Below are positions 51,601 through 64,000 of a stretch of DNA of 64,000 nucleotides, in pieces; position 1 is the first letter of the stretch; the number at the start of each line of letters is the position of its first letter. A program made the translations under genes and the position numbers. The notes beneath the pieces are model-generated. The model was not told the DNA's origin. It saw only the letters and a list, made by a program, of their open reading frames with translations, and did no database searches. Origin of the DNA: Eledone cirrhosa. Its lineage: Eukaryota. The DNA lies in the NCBI GenBank assembly GCA_964016885.1, contig OZ024741.1:312232001-312296000 (forward strand), in the 5' to 3' direction.

Positions 51601-54600
51601 GGTTATCACTTCTCTGTTTTTAGCCTGTGAAAATATCTATATGCGTGTGTAAATACTTACATGCATACATTTCTTTTTTTACATTAATTGAGTTCTTAAT
51701 ACGCAGGATTGATAATGTTTGTGAAAAAACTAATTAACCCACGTGTATATTATTTTACTTTTCTCGTGATTCGTGGTTGTCTCTTTTTTCCGCTTCGTGA
51801 CGCTATGATACTTCCTCAGTCAAAAGACTGCTGGAATTTCAAATTTGGCGGTCATTCGATGCGTGAAGGGACAACTTAGCGGACACGAAAATTAACTGCG
51901 GTAAGGAATTTTTACTAATATCAAAGTTTAATGGGCTTCCACTGACGATTTATAAGTGCCGACCTAAATATATTCTTACATGAAAATATGTTAGGCCTCT
52001 ACATAAACTGGAAACATTCTCCCAACTTGCAGAAAACTTATAATGAAACAATTGTTTGGAAAGAGAGATATATTTCAAATTTAATTATGTCTCATATAAA
52101 ATAATACAACTGGCTTTCCACAAAATACATATAGTTAGCACCCCAAACACTTAGATTGGGTTTATACTAACGTATAACCTAATGTTTGTTGAGTGAGATG
52201 GTTACCAGTCGGAGTTTAGCTTAAAGCTATCTCTGTTATTGTATTAAATATTTTACTCTTGATTTGGCCAGAGACTTTTATTTCAAGGTACCTTATAAAC
52301 ATGACTTTCCGTATTTATTACTGTTATGAGATATTGTTTTTTTTTTGGTTAACACTTCTCTGTTTTTAGCCTAAGAAAATATCTATATGCGTGTGGAAAT
52401 ACTTACATGCATACATTTATTTTTTTAAATTAATTGAGTTCTTAACACGCAGGATTGATAATGTTTGTGAAAAAACTAATTAACCAACGTGTATATTATT
52501 TAACTTTTCTCGTGATTCGTGGTTGTCTCTCTTTTCCGCTTCGTGACGCTATGATACTTCCTCAGTCAAAAGACTGCTGGAATTTCAAATTTGGCGGTCA
52601 TTCGATGCGTGAAGGGACAACTTAGCGGACACGAAAATTAACTGCGGTAAGGAATTTTTTCTAATATCAAAGTTTAATGGGCTTCCACTAACAATTTATA
52701 AGTGCCCACCTAAATATATTCTTACATGAAAATATGTTAGGCTTCTACATAAACTGAAAACATTCTCCCAACTTGCAGAAAACTTATAATGAAACAATTG
52801 TTTGGAAAGAGAGATATATTTTAACTTTAATTATGTCTCATATAAAATAATACAACTGGCTTTCCACAAAATACATATAGTTAGCACCCCAAACACTTAA
52901 ATTAGTTTTATACTAACGTATAACCTAATGTTTGTTGAGTGAGATGGTTACCTGTCGGAGTTTAGCTTAAAGCTATCTCTGTTATTGTATTAAATATTTT
53001 ACTCTTGATTTGGCCAGAGACTTTTATTTCAAGGTACCTTATAAACATGACTTTCCGTATTTATTACTGTTATGAGATATTGTTTGTTTTTTTGGTTATG
53101 ACTTCTCTGTTTTTAGCCTAAGAAAATATCTATATGCGTGTGGAAATACTTACATGCATACATTTATTTTTTTAAATTAATTGAGTTCTTAACACGCAGG
53201 ATTGATAATGTTTGTGAAAAAACTAATTAACCCACGTGTATATTATTTTACTTTTCTCGTGATTCGTGGTTGTCTCTCTTTTCCGCTTCGTGACGCTATG
53301 ATACTTCCTCAGTCAAAAGACTGCTGGAATTTCAAATTTGGCGGTCATTCGATGCGTGAAGGGACAACTTAGCGGACACGAAAATTAACTGCGGTAAGGA
53401 ATTTTTTCTTATATCAAAGTTTAATGGGCTTCCACTAACGATTTATAAGTGCCCACCTAAATATATTCTTACATGAAAATATGTTAGGCTTCTACATAAA
53501 CTGAAATCATTCTCCCAACTTGCAGAAAACTTATAATGAAACAATTTGTTTGGAAAGAGAGATATATTTTAAATTTAATTATGTCTCATATAAAATAATA
53601 CAACTGGCTTTCCACAAAATACATATAGTTAGCACCCCAAACACTTAAATTAGGTTTATACTAACGTATAACCTAATGTTTGTTGAGTGAGATGGTTACC
53701 AGTCGGAGTTTAGCTTAAAGCTATCTCTGTTATTGTATTAAATATTTTACTCTTGATTTGGCCAGAGACTTTTATTTCCAGGTACCTTATAAACATGACT
53801 TTCCGTATTTCTTACTGTTATGAGATATTGTTTTTTTTTTGGGGGGGGGGGGGTATCACTTCTCTGATTTTAGCCTAAGAAAATATCAATATGCGTGTGT
53901 GAATACTTACATGCATACATTTATTTTTTTTAAATAATTGAGTTCTTAACACGCGGAATTAATAATGGTTTTGAAACAACTAATTAACCCGCGTGTATTA
54001 AATATTTTACTCTTAATTTGGCCAGAGATTTACATTCCCAAATGCCTTTTAAAGCGTAACTTTCCGTATTTATTACAGTTATGAGATGTGGTTTGCTATT
54101 TAGGTATCACTTTCTCTGTTTTTAGGCTAAGAAAATATATATATTTGTGTGTAATTAATACACGCATACATTTATTTTTTAAAAATTAATTGAGTTCTTA
54201 ACACGCAGGATTGATAATATTTTAGAAAAAACTAATTAACCCGGGTGTATATTATTTTACTTTTCTCGTGACTCTTGGTTGTCTCCCTTTTCCGCTTCGT
54301 GACGCTATGATACTTCCTCAGTCAAAAACCTGCGGAATATCAAATTCGGCGGTCATTTGATGCGTGAAGGGACAACTTAGCGGACACGAAAATTAACTGC
54401 GGTAAGGAATTTTTTCTCATATCGAAGTTTAATAGGCTTCCACTGACGATTTATAAGTGCCCACCTCAATATATTCTTACATGAAAATATGTTAGGCTTC
54501 TACATAAACTGGAAACATTCTCCCAACTTGCAGAAAACTTATAATGAAACAATTGTTTGGAAAGAGAGATATATTTCAAATTTAATTATGTCTCATATAA

Positions 54601-57600
54601 AATAATACAACTGGCTTTCCACAAAATACATATAGTTAGCACCCCAAACACTTAGATTGGGTTTATACTAACGTATAACCTAATGTTTGTTGAGTGAGAT
54701 GGTTACCAGTCGGAGTTTAGCTTAAAGCTATCTCTGTTATTGTATTAAATATTTTACTCTTGATTTGGCCAGAGACTTTTATTTCAAGGTACCTTATAAA
54801 CATGACTTTCCGTATTTATTACTGTTATGAGATATTGTTTTTTTTTTGGTTAACACTTCTCTGTTTTTAGCCTAAGAAAATATCTATATGCGTGTGGAAA
54901 TACTTACATGCATACATTTATTTTTTTTAATTAATTGAGTTCTTAACACACAGGATTGATAATGTTTGTGAAAAAACTAATTAACCAACGTGTATATTAT
55001 TTAACTTTTCTCGTGATTCGTGGTTGTCTCTCTTTTCCGCTTCGTGACGCTATGATACTTCCTCAGTCAAAAGACTGCTGGAATTTCAAATTTGGCGGTC
55101 ATTCGATGCGTGAAGGGACAACTTAGCGGACACGAAAATTAACTGCGCTAAGGAATTTTTTATTGTATCAAAGTTTAATGGGCTTCCACTAACGATTTAT
55201 AAGTGCCCACCTAAATATATTCTTACATGAAAATATGTTAGGCTTCTACATAAACTGAAAACATTCTCCCAACTTGCAGAAAACTTATAATGAAACAATT
55301 GTTTGGAAAGAGAGATATATTTTAACTTTAATTATGTCTCATATAAAATAATACAACTGGCTTTCCACAAAATACATATAGTTAGCACCCCAAACACTTA
55401 AATTAGGTTTATACTAACGTATAACCTAATGTTTGTTGAGTGAGATGGTTACCTGTCGGAGTTTAGCTTAAAGCTATCTCTGTTATTGTATTAAATATTT
55501 TACTCTTGATTTGGCCAGAGACTTTTATTCAAGGTACCTTATAAACATGACTTTCCGTATTTATTACTGTTATGAGATATTGTTTGTTTTTTTGGTTATG
55601 ACTTTTCTGTTTTTAGCCTAAGAAAATATCTATATGCGTGTGGAAATACTTACATGCATACATTTATTTTTTTAAATTAATTGAGTTCTTAACACGCAGG
55701 ATTGATAATGTTTGTGAAAAAACTAATTAACCCACGTGTATATTATTTTACTTTTCTCGTGATTCGTGGTTGTCTCTCTTTTCCGCTTCGTGACGCTATG
55801 ATACTTCCTCAGTCAAAAGACTGCTGGAATTTCAAATTTGGCGGTCATTCGATGCGTGAAGGGACAACTTAGCGGACACGAAAATTAACTGCGGTAAGGA
55901 ATTTTTTCTTATATCAAAGTTTAATGGGCTTCCACTAACGATTTATAAGTGCCCACCTAAATATATTCTTACATGAAAATATGTTAGGCTTCTACATAAA
56001 CTGAAATCATTCTCCCAACTTGCAGAAAACTTATAATTAAACAATTTGTTTGGAAAGAGAGATATATTTTAAATTTAATTATGTCTCATATAAAATAATA
56101 CAACTGGCTTTCCACAAAATACATATAGTTAGCACCCCAAACACTTAAATTAGGTTTATACTAACGTATAACCTAATGTTTGTTGAGTGAGATGGTTACC
56201 AGTCGGAGTTTAGCTTAAAGCTATCTCTGTTATTGTATTAAATATTTTACTCTTGATTTGGCCAGAGACTTTTATTTCCAGGTACCTTATAAACATGACT
56301 TTCCGTATTTATTACTGTTATGAGATATTGTTGTTTTTTTTTTTGGGGGGGGTATCACTTCTCTGATTTTAGCCTAAGAAAATATCAATATGCGTGTGTG
56401 AATACTTACATGCATACATTTATTTTTTTAAAATAATTGAGTTCTTAACACGCGGAATTAATAATGGTTTTGAAACAACTAATTAACCCGCATGTATTAA
56501 ATATTTTACTCTTAATTTGGCCAGAGATTTACATTCCCAAATGCCTTTTAAAGCCTAACTTTCCGTATTTATTACAGTTATGAGATGTGGTTTGCTATTT
56601 AGGTATCACTTTCTCTGTTTTTAGCCTAAGAAAATATATATATTTGTGTGTAATTAATACACGCATACATTTATTTTTTAAAAATTAATTGAGTTCTTAA
56701 CACGCAGGATTGATAATATTTTAGAAAAAACTAATTAACCCGGGTGTATATTATTTTACTTTTCTCGTGACTCTTGGTTGTCTCCCTTTTCCGCTTCGTG
56801 ACGCTATGATACTTCCTCAGTCAAAAACCTGCGGAATATCAAATTCGGCGGTCATTTGATGCGTGAAGGGACAACTTAGCGGACACGAAAATTAACTGCG
56901 GTAAGGAATTTTTTCTCATATCGAAGTTTAATAGGCTTCCACTGACGATTTATAAGTGCCCACCTCAATATATTCTTACATGAAAATATGTTAGGCTTCT
57001 ACATAAACTGGAAACATTCTCCCAACTTGTAGGAAACTTATAATGAAACAATTGTTTGGAAAGAGAGATATATTTTAACTTTAATTATGTCTCATAAAAT
57101 AATACAACTGGCTTTCCGCAAAATACATATAGTTAGCACCCCAAACACTTAAATTAGGTTTATACTAACGTATAACCTAATGTTTGTTGCGTGAGATGGT
57201 TACCAGTTGGAGTTTAGCTTAAAGCTATCTCTGTTATTGTATTAAATATTTTACTCTTGATTTGGCCAGAGACTTTTATTTCCAGGTACCTTATAAACAT
57301 GACTTTCCGTATTTATTACTGTTATGAGATATTGTTTTTTTTTTGGTTAACACTTCTCTGTTTTTAGCCTAAGAAAATATCTATATGCGTGTGTAAATAC
57401 TTACAAGCATACATTTATTTTTTTTAATTAATTGAGTTCTTAACACGCAGGATTGATAGTGTTTGTGAAAAAACTAATTAACCCACGTGTATATTATTTT
57501 ACTTTTCTCGTGATTCGTGGTTGTCTCTCTTTTCCGCTTCGTGACGCTATGATTCTTCCTCAGTCAAAAGACTGCTGTAATTTCAAATTTGGCGGTCATT

Positions 57601-60600
57601 CGATGCATGAAGGGACAACTTAGCGGACACGAAAATTAACTGCGGTAAGGAATTTTTTCTTATATCAAAGTTTAATGGGCTTCCACTGACGATTTATAAG
57701 TGCCCACCTAAATATATTCTTACATGAAAATATGTAAGGCTTCTACATAAACTGGAAACATTCTCCCAACTTGCAGAAAACTTATAATGAAACAATTGTT
57801 TGGAAAGAGAGATATATGTTAAATTTAATTATGTCTCATTTAAAATAATACAACTGGCTTTCCACAAAATACATATAGTTAGCAGCCCAAACACTTAAAT
57901 TGGGTTTATACTAACGTATAACCTAATGTTTGTTGAGTGAGATGGTTACCACTCGAAGTTTAGCTTAAAGCTATCTCTGTTATTGTATTAAATATTTTAC
58001 TCTTGATTTGGCCAGAGACTTTTATTTCCAGGTACCTTATAAACATGACTTTCCGTATTTATTACTGTTATGAGATATTGTTTGTTTTTTTGGGTATCAC
58101 TTCTCTGTTTTTAGCCTAAGAAAATATCTATATGCGTGTGTAAATACTTACATGCATACATTTATTTTTTTAAATTAATTGAGTTCTTAACATGCGGAAT
58201 TAATAATGGTTTTGAAACAAATAATTAACCCGCGTGTATTAAATATTTTACTCTTAATTTGGCTAGAGATTTACATTCCCAAATGCCTTTTAAAGTGTAA
58301 CTTTCCGTATTTATTACAGTTATGAGATGTGGTTTGTTATTTAGGTATCACTTTCTCTGTTTATAGCATAACAAAATATATATATGCGTGTGCAATTAAT
58401 ACACGCATACATTTATTTTTTTTAAATTAATTGAGTTCTTAACACGCAGGATTGATAATACTTTAGAAAAAACTAATTAACCCGGGTGTATATTATTTTA
58501 CTTTTCTTGTGACTCTTGGTTGTCTCCCTTTTCAGCTTCGTGACGCTATGATACTTCCTCAGTCAAAAGACTGCGGGAATTTCAAATTCGGCGGTCATTC
58601 GATGCGTGAAGGGACAACTTAGCGGACACGAAAATTAACTGTGGTAAGGAATTTTTTATTGTATCAAAGTTTAATGGGCTTCCACTAACGATTTATAAGT
58701 GCCCACCTAAATATATTCTTACATGAAAATATGTTAGGCTTCTACATGAACTGGAAACATTCTCCCAACTTGCAGAAAACTTATAATGAAACAATTGTTT
58801 GGAAAGATAGATATATTTTAACTTTAATTATGTCTCATATAAAATAATACAACTGGCTTTCCACAAAATACATATAGTTAGCACCCCAAACACTTAAATT
58901 AGGTTTATACTAACGTATAAAGTAATGTTTGTTGAGTTAGATGGTTACCAGTCGGAGTTTAGCTTAAAGCTATCTCTGTTATTGTTTTAAATATTTTACT
59001 TTTGATTTGGCCAGAGACTTTTATTTCAAGGTACCTTATAAACATGACTTTCCGTATGTATTACTGTTATGAGATATTGTTTGTTTTTTTGGTTATCACT
59101 TCTCTGTTTTTAGCCTAAGAAAATATCTATATGCGTGTGTAAATACTTACATGCATACATTTCTTTTTTTACCTTAATTGAGTTCTTATCACGCAGGATT
59201 GATAATGTTTGTGAAAAAACTAATTAACCCACGTGTATATTATTTTACTTTTCTCGTGACTCGTGGTTGTCTCTCTTTTCCGCTTCGTGACGCTATGATA
59301 CTTCCTCAGTCAAAAGACTGCTGGAATTTCAAATTTGGCGGTCATTCGATGCGTGAAGGGACAACTTAGCGGACACGAAAATTAACTGCGCTAAGGAATT
59401 TTTACTTGTATCAAAGTTTAATGGGCATCCACTGACGATTTATAAGTGCCCACCTAAATATATTCTTACATGAAAATATGTTAGGCTTCTACATAAACTG
59501 GAAACATTCTCCCAGCTTGCAGAAAACTTATAATGAAACAATTGTTTGGAAAGAGAGATATATTTTAACTTTAATTATGTCTCATATAAAATAATACAAC
59601 TGGCTTTCCGCAAAATACATATAGTTAGCACCCGAAACACTTAAATTAGCTTTATACTAGCGTAAAACCTAATTTTTGTTGAGTGAGATGGTTACCAGTC
59701 GGAGTTTAGCTTAAAGCTATCTCTGTTATTGTATTAAATATTTTACTCTTGATTTGGCCAGAGACTTTTATTTCCAGGTACCTTATAAACATGACTTTCC
59801 GTATTTATTACTGTTATGAGATATTGTTTTTTTTGGGGGGTACCACTTCTCTGTTTTTAGCCTAAGAAAATATCTATATGCGTGTGTAAATACTTACTTG
59901 CATACATTTATTTTTTTTAATTAATTGAGTTCTTAACACGCAGGATTGATAATGTTTGTGAAAAAACTAATTAACCCACGTGTATATTATTTTACTTTTC
60001 TCGTGACTCGTGGTTGTCTCTCTTTTCCGCTTCGTGACGCTATGATACTTCCTCAGTCAAAAGACTGCTGGAATTTCAAATTTGGCGGTCATTTGATGCG
60101 TGAAGGGACAACTTAGCGGACACGAAAATTAACTGCGCTAACGAATGTTTTCTTGTATCAAAGTTTAATGGGCATCCACTGACGATTTATAAGTGCCCAC
60201 CTAAATATATTCTTACATGAAAATATGTTAGGCTTCTACATAAACTGGAAACATTCTCCCAACTTGCAGAAAACTTATAATGAAACAATTGTTTGGAAAG
60301 AGAGATATATTTTAACTTTAATTATGTCTCATATAAAATAATACAACTGGCTTTTCACAAAATACATATAGTTAGCACCACAAACACTTAAATTAGGTTT
60401 ATACTAACGTATAAAGTAATGTTTGTTGAGTGAGATGGTTACCAGTCGGAGTTTAGCTTAAAGCAATCTCTGTTATTGTATTAAATATTTTACTCTTGAT
60501 TTGGCCAGAGACTTTTATTTCCAGGTACCTTATAAACATGACTTTCCGTATTTATTACTGTTATGAGATATTGTTTTTTTTGGGGGGTATCACTTCTCTG

Positions 60601-61667
60601 TTTTTAGCCTAAGAAAATATCTATATGCGTGTGTAAATACTTACTTGCATTCATTTATTTTTTTTAATTAATTGAGTTCTTAACACGCAGGATTGATAAT
60701 GTTTGTGAAAAAACTAATTAACCCACGTGTATATTATTTTACTTTTCTCGTGACTCGTGGTTGTCTCTCTTTTCCGCTTCGTGACGCTATGATACTTCCT
60801 CAGTCAAAAGACTGCTGGAATTTCAAATTTGGCGGTCATTCGATGCGTGAAGGGACAACTTAGCGGACACGAAAATTAACTGCGCTAACGAATGTTTTCT
60901 TGTATCAAAGTTTAATGGGCATCCACTGACGATTTATAAGTGCCCACCTAAATATATTCTTACATGAAAATATGTTAGGCTTCTACATAAACTGGAAACA
61001 TTCTCCCAACTTGCAGAAAACTTATAATGAAACAATTGTTTGGAAAGAGAGATATATTTTAACTTTAATTATGTCTCATATAAAATAATACAACTGGCTT
61101 TCCTCAAAATACATATAGTTAGCACCCCAAACACTTAAATTAGGTTTATACTAACGTATAAAGTAATGTTTGTTGAGTGAGATGGTTACCAGTCGGAGTT
61201 TAGCTTAAAGCAATCTCTGTTATTGTATTAAATATTTTACTTTTGATTTGGCCAGAGACTTTTATTTCAAGGTACCTTATAAACATGACATTCGGTATTT
61301 ATTAATGTTATGAGATATTGTTTGTTTTTTTGGGTATCACTTCTCTGTTTTTAGCCTAAGAAAATATCTATATGCGTGTGTAAATACTTACATGCATACA
61401 TTTATTTTTTTTAATTAATTGAGTTCTTAACACGCAGGATTGATAATGTTTGTGAAAAAACTAATTAACCCACGTGTATATTATTTTACTTTTCTCGTGA
61501 CTCGTGGTTGTCTCTCTTTTCCGCTTCGTGACGCTATGATACTTCCTCAGTCAAAAGACTGCTGGAATTTCAAATTTGGCGGTCATTCGATGCGTGAAGG
61601 GACAACTTAGCGGACACGAAAATTAACTGCGCTAAGGAATTTTTTCTTATATCAAAGTTTAATGGGC

Positions 61668-61792
61668 TTCCACTGACGATTTATAAGTGCCCACCTAAAT
61701 ATATTCTTACATGAAAATATGTTAGGCTTCTACATAAACTGGAAACATTCTCCCAACTTGTAGAAAACTTATAATGAAACAATTGTTTGGAA
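61668..61792 (+). ncRNA. Type I hammerhead ribozyme motif, best-preserved copy type
   Basis: Same architecture. The stem II insert additionally pairs as cctaa-atatatt/aatatgt-tagg and ttctaca/tgtagaa. Confidence 0.78.
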
Positions 61793-64000
61793 AGAGAGAT
61801 ATATTTTAACTTTAATTATGTCTCATATAAAATAATACAACTGGATTTCCACAAAATACATATAGTTAGCACCCGAAACACTTAAATTAGGTTTATACTA
61901 ACGTATAACCTAATTTTTGTTGAGTGAGATGGTTACCAGTCGGAGTTTAGCTTAAAGCTATCTCTGTTATTGTATTAAATATTTTACTCTTGATTTGGCC
62001 AGAGACTTTTATTTCCAGGTACCTTATAAACATGACTTTCCGTATTTATTACTGTTATGAGATATTGTTTTTTTGGGGGGTACCACTTCTCTGTTTTTAG
62101 CCTAAGAAAATATCTATATGCGTGTGTAAATACTTACTTGCATACATTTATTTTTTTTAATTAATTGAGTTCTTAACACGCAGGATTGATAATGTTTGTG
62201 AAAAAACTAATTAACCCACGTGTATATTATTTTACTTTTCTCGTGACTCGTTGTTGTCTCTCTTTTCCGCTTCGTGACGCTATGATACTTCCTCAGTCAA
62301 AAGACTGCTGGAATTTCAAATTTGGCGGTCATTCGATGCGTGAAGGGACAACTTAGCGGACACGAAAATTAACTGCGCTAAGGAATTTTTTCTTATATCA
62401 AAGTTTAATGGGCTTCCACTGACGATTTATAAGTGCCCACCTAAATATATTCTTAGATGAAAATATGTTAGGCTTCTACATAAACTGGAAACATTCTCCC
62501 AACTTGTAGAGAACTTATAATGAAACAATTGTTTGGAAAGAGAGATATATTTTAACTTTAATTATGTCTCATATAAAATAATACAACTGGCGTTCCACAA
62601 AATGCATATAGTTAGCACCCCAAACACTTAAATTAGGTTTATACTAACGTATAACCTAATGTTTGTTGAGTGAGATGGTTACCAGTCGGAGTTTAGCTTA
62701 AAGCTATCTCTGTTATTGTATTAAATATTTTACTTTTGATTTGACCAGTGACTTTTATTTCAAGGTACCTTATAAACATGACTTTCCGTATTTATTACTG
62801 TTATGAGATATTGTTTGTTTTTTTTGGGTATCACTTCTCTGTTTTTAGCCTAAGATAATATCTATATGCGTGTGTAAATACTTACATGCATACATTTATT
62901 TTTTTAAATTAATTGAGTTCTTAACACGCAGGATTGATAATGTTTGTGAAAAAACTAATTAACCCACGTGTATATTATTTTACTTTTCTCGTGACTCGTG
63001 GTTGTCTCTCTTTTCCGCTTCGTGACGCTATGATACTTCCTCAGTCAAAAGACTGCTGGAATTTCAAATTTGGCGGTCATTCGATGCGTGAAGGGACAAC
63101 TTAGCGGAAATGAAAATTAACTGCGCTAAGGAATTTTTTCTTATAGCAAAGTTTAATGGGCTTCCACTGACGATTTATAAGTGCCCACCTAAATATATTC
63201 TTACATGAAAATATGTTAGGCTTCTACATAAACTGGAAACATTCTCCCAACTTGTAGAACACTTATAATGAAACAATTGTTTGGAAAGAGAGATATATTT
63301 TAACTTTAATTATGTCTCATATAAAATAATACAACTGGATTTCCACAAAATACATATAGTTAGCACCCGAAACACTTAAATTAGGTTTATACTAACGTAT
63401 AACCTAATTTTTGTTGAGTGAGATGGTTACCAGTCGGAGTTTAGCTTAAAGCTAGCTCTGTTATTGTATTAAATATTTTACTCTTGATTTGGCCAGAGAC
63501 TTTTATTTCCAGGTACCTTATAAACATGACTTTCCGTATTTATTACTGTTATGAGATATTGTTTGTTTTTTTGGGTATCACTTCTCTGTTTTTAGCCTAA
63601 GAAAATATCTATATGCGTGTGTAAATACTTACATGCATACATTTATTTTTTAAAATTAATTGAGTTCTTAACACGCAGGATTGATAATGTTTGTGAAAAA
63701 ACTAATTAACCCACGTGTATATTATTTTACTTTTCTCGTGACTCGTGGTTGTCTCTCTTTTCCGCTTCGTGACGCTATGATACTTCCTCAGTCAAAAGAC
63801 TGCTGGAATTTCAAATTTGGCGGTCATTCGATGCGTGAAGGGACAACTTAGCGGACACGAAAATTAACTGCGCTAAGGAATTTTTACTTGTATCAAAGTT
63901 TAATGGGCATCCACTGACGATTTATAAGTGCCCACCTAAATATATTCTTACATGAAAATATGTTAGGCTTCTACATAAACTGGAAACAATCTCCCAACTT

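Larger units (their letters stand above)
35239..64000 (+). repeat. Satellite-like tandem array: 36 ~747-bp monomers (last partial) plus 9 ~250-bp deleted subunits; continues beyond window
   Basis: Units begin ttaattgagttctta. Identical spurious ORFs recur at 38958/42195/48679 and 41220/44457/50941, giving periods of 3237 and 6484. Confidence 0.98.

Noticed and set aside
36744-59369. Repeated 60-63 aa ORFs in the array (MYQSLMVF..., MSSYHAGL...)
   Set aside because: They use non-ATG starts and are open only in a few monomer variants; other copies have stops. No recognisable domain.
35239-64000. Array as CRISPR, 5S rRNA, tRNA or U1 snRNA cluster
   Set aside because: There are no unique spacers. 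I see no 5S or tRNA internal promoter or cloverleaf. atacttacatg and atacttcctc resemble only the first bases of U1.

Overview
AT-rich eukaryotic (animal) DNA made almost entirely of repeats. The tRNA-type SINE family and the dense (TA)/(TG)/(CA) microsatellites suggest a mollusc, probably an octopus (inference). I find no intact host protein-coding gene. Positions 1-33 kb hold decayed mobile elements: a CRE-like and two R4/Dong-like RLE non-LTR fragments, a near full-length Tx1/L1-like LINE plus two 3' fragments, a Naiad-like Penelope element with a GIY-YIG domain, non-autonomous Helitrons, a mariner-type MITE, about 7 SINE copies and a ~4.5 kb tandem duplication. From ~35.2 kb to the window end runs a tandem array of 36 ~747-bp monomers (last one partial) and 9 ~250-bp deleted subunits, with higher-order periods of 3237 and 6484 bp. 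Main observation: every long monomer carries a type I hammerhead ribozyme motif (ttcca-CUGACGA-U-ttataagt...acttataa-U-GAAA-CAAUUG-UU-tggaa). Its palindromic stem III suits dimeric cleavage between neighbouring units, and half of the copies keep an intact CUGACGA. A second, unrelated ~420-bp hammerhead-bearing tandem repeat sits head-to-head with it on the minus strand. Further Penelope-type hammerhead motifs lie in inverted structures upstream. The Penelope GIY-YIG linker has a TGA exactly at a conserved Cys position, a possible selenocysteine codon. All calls were made by eye; no searches or folding programs were run.
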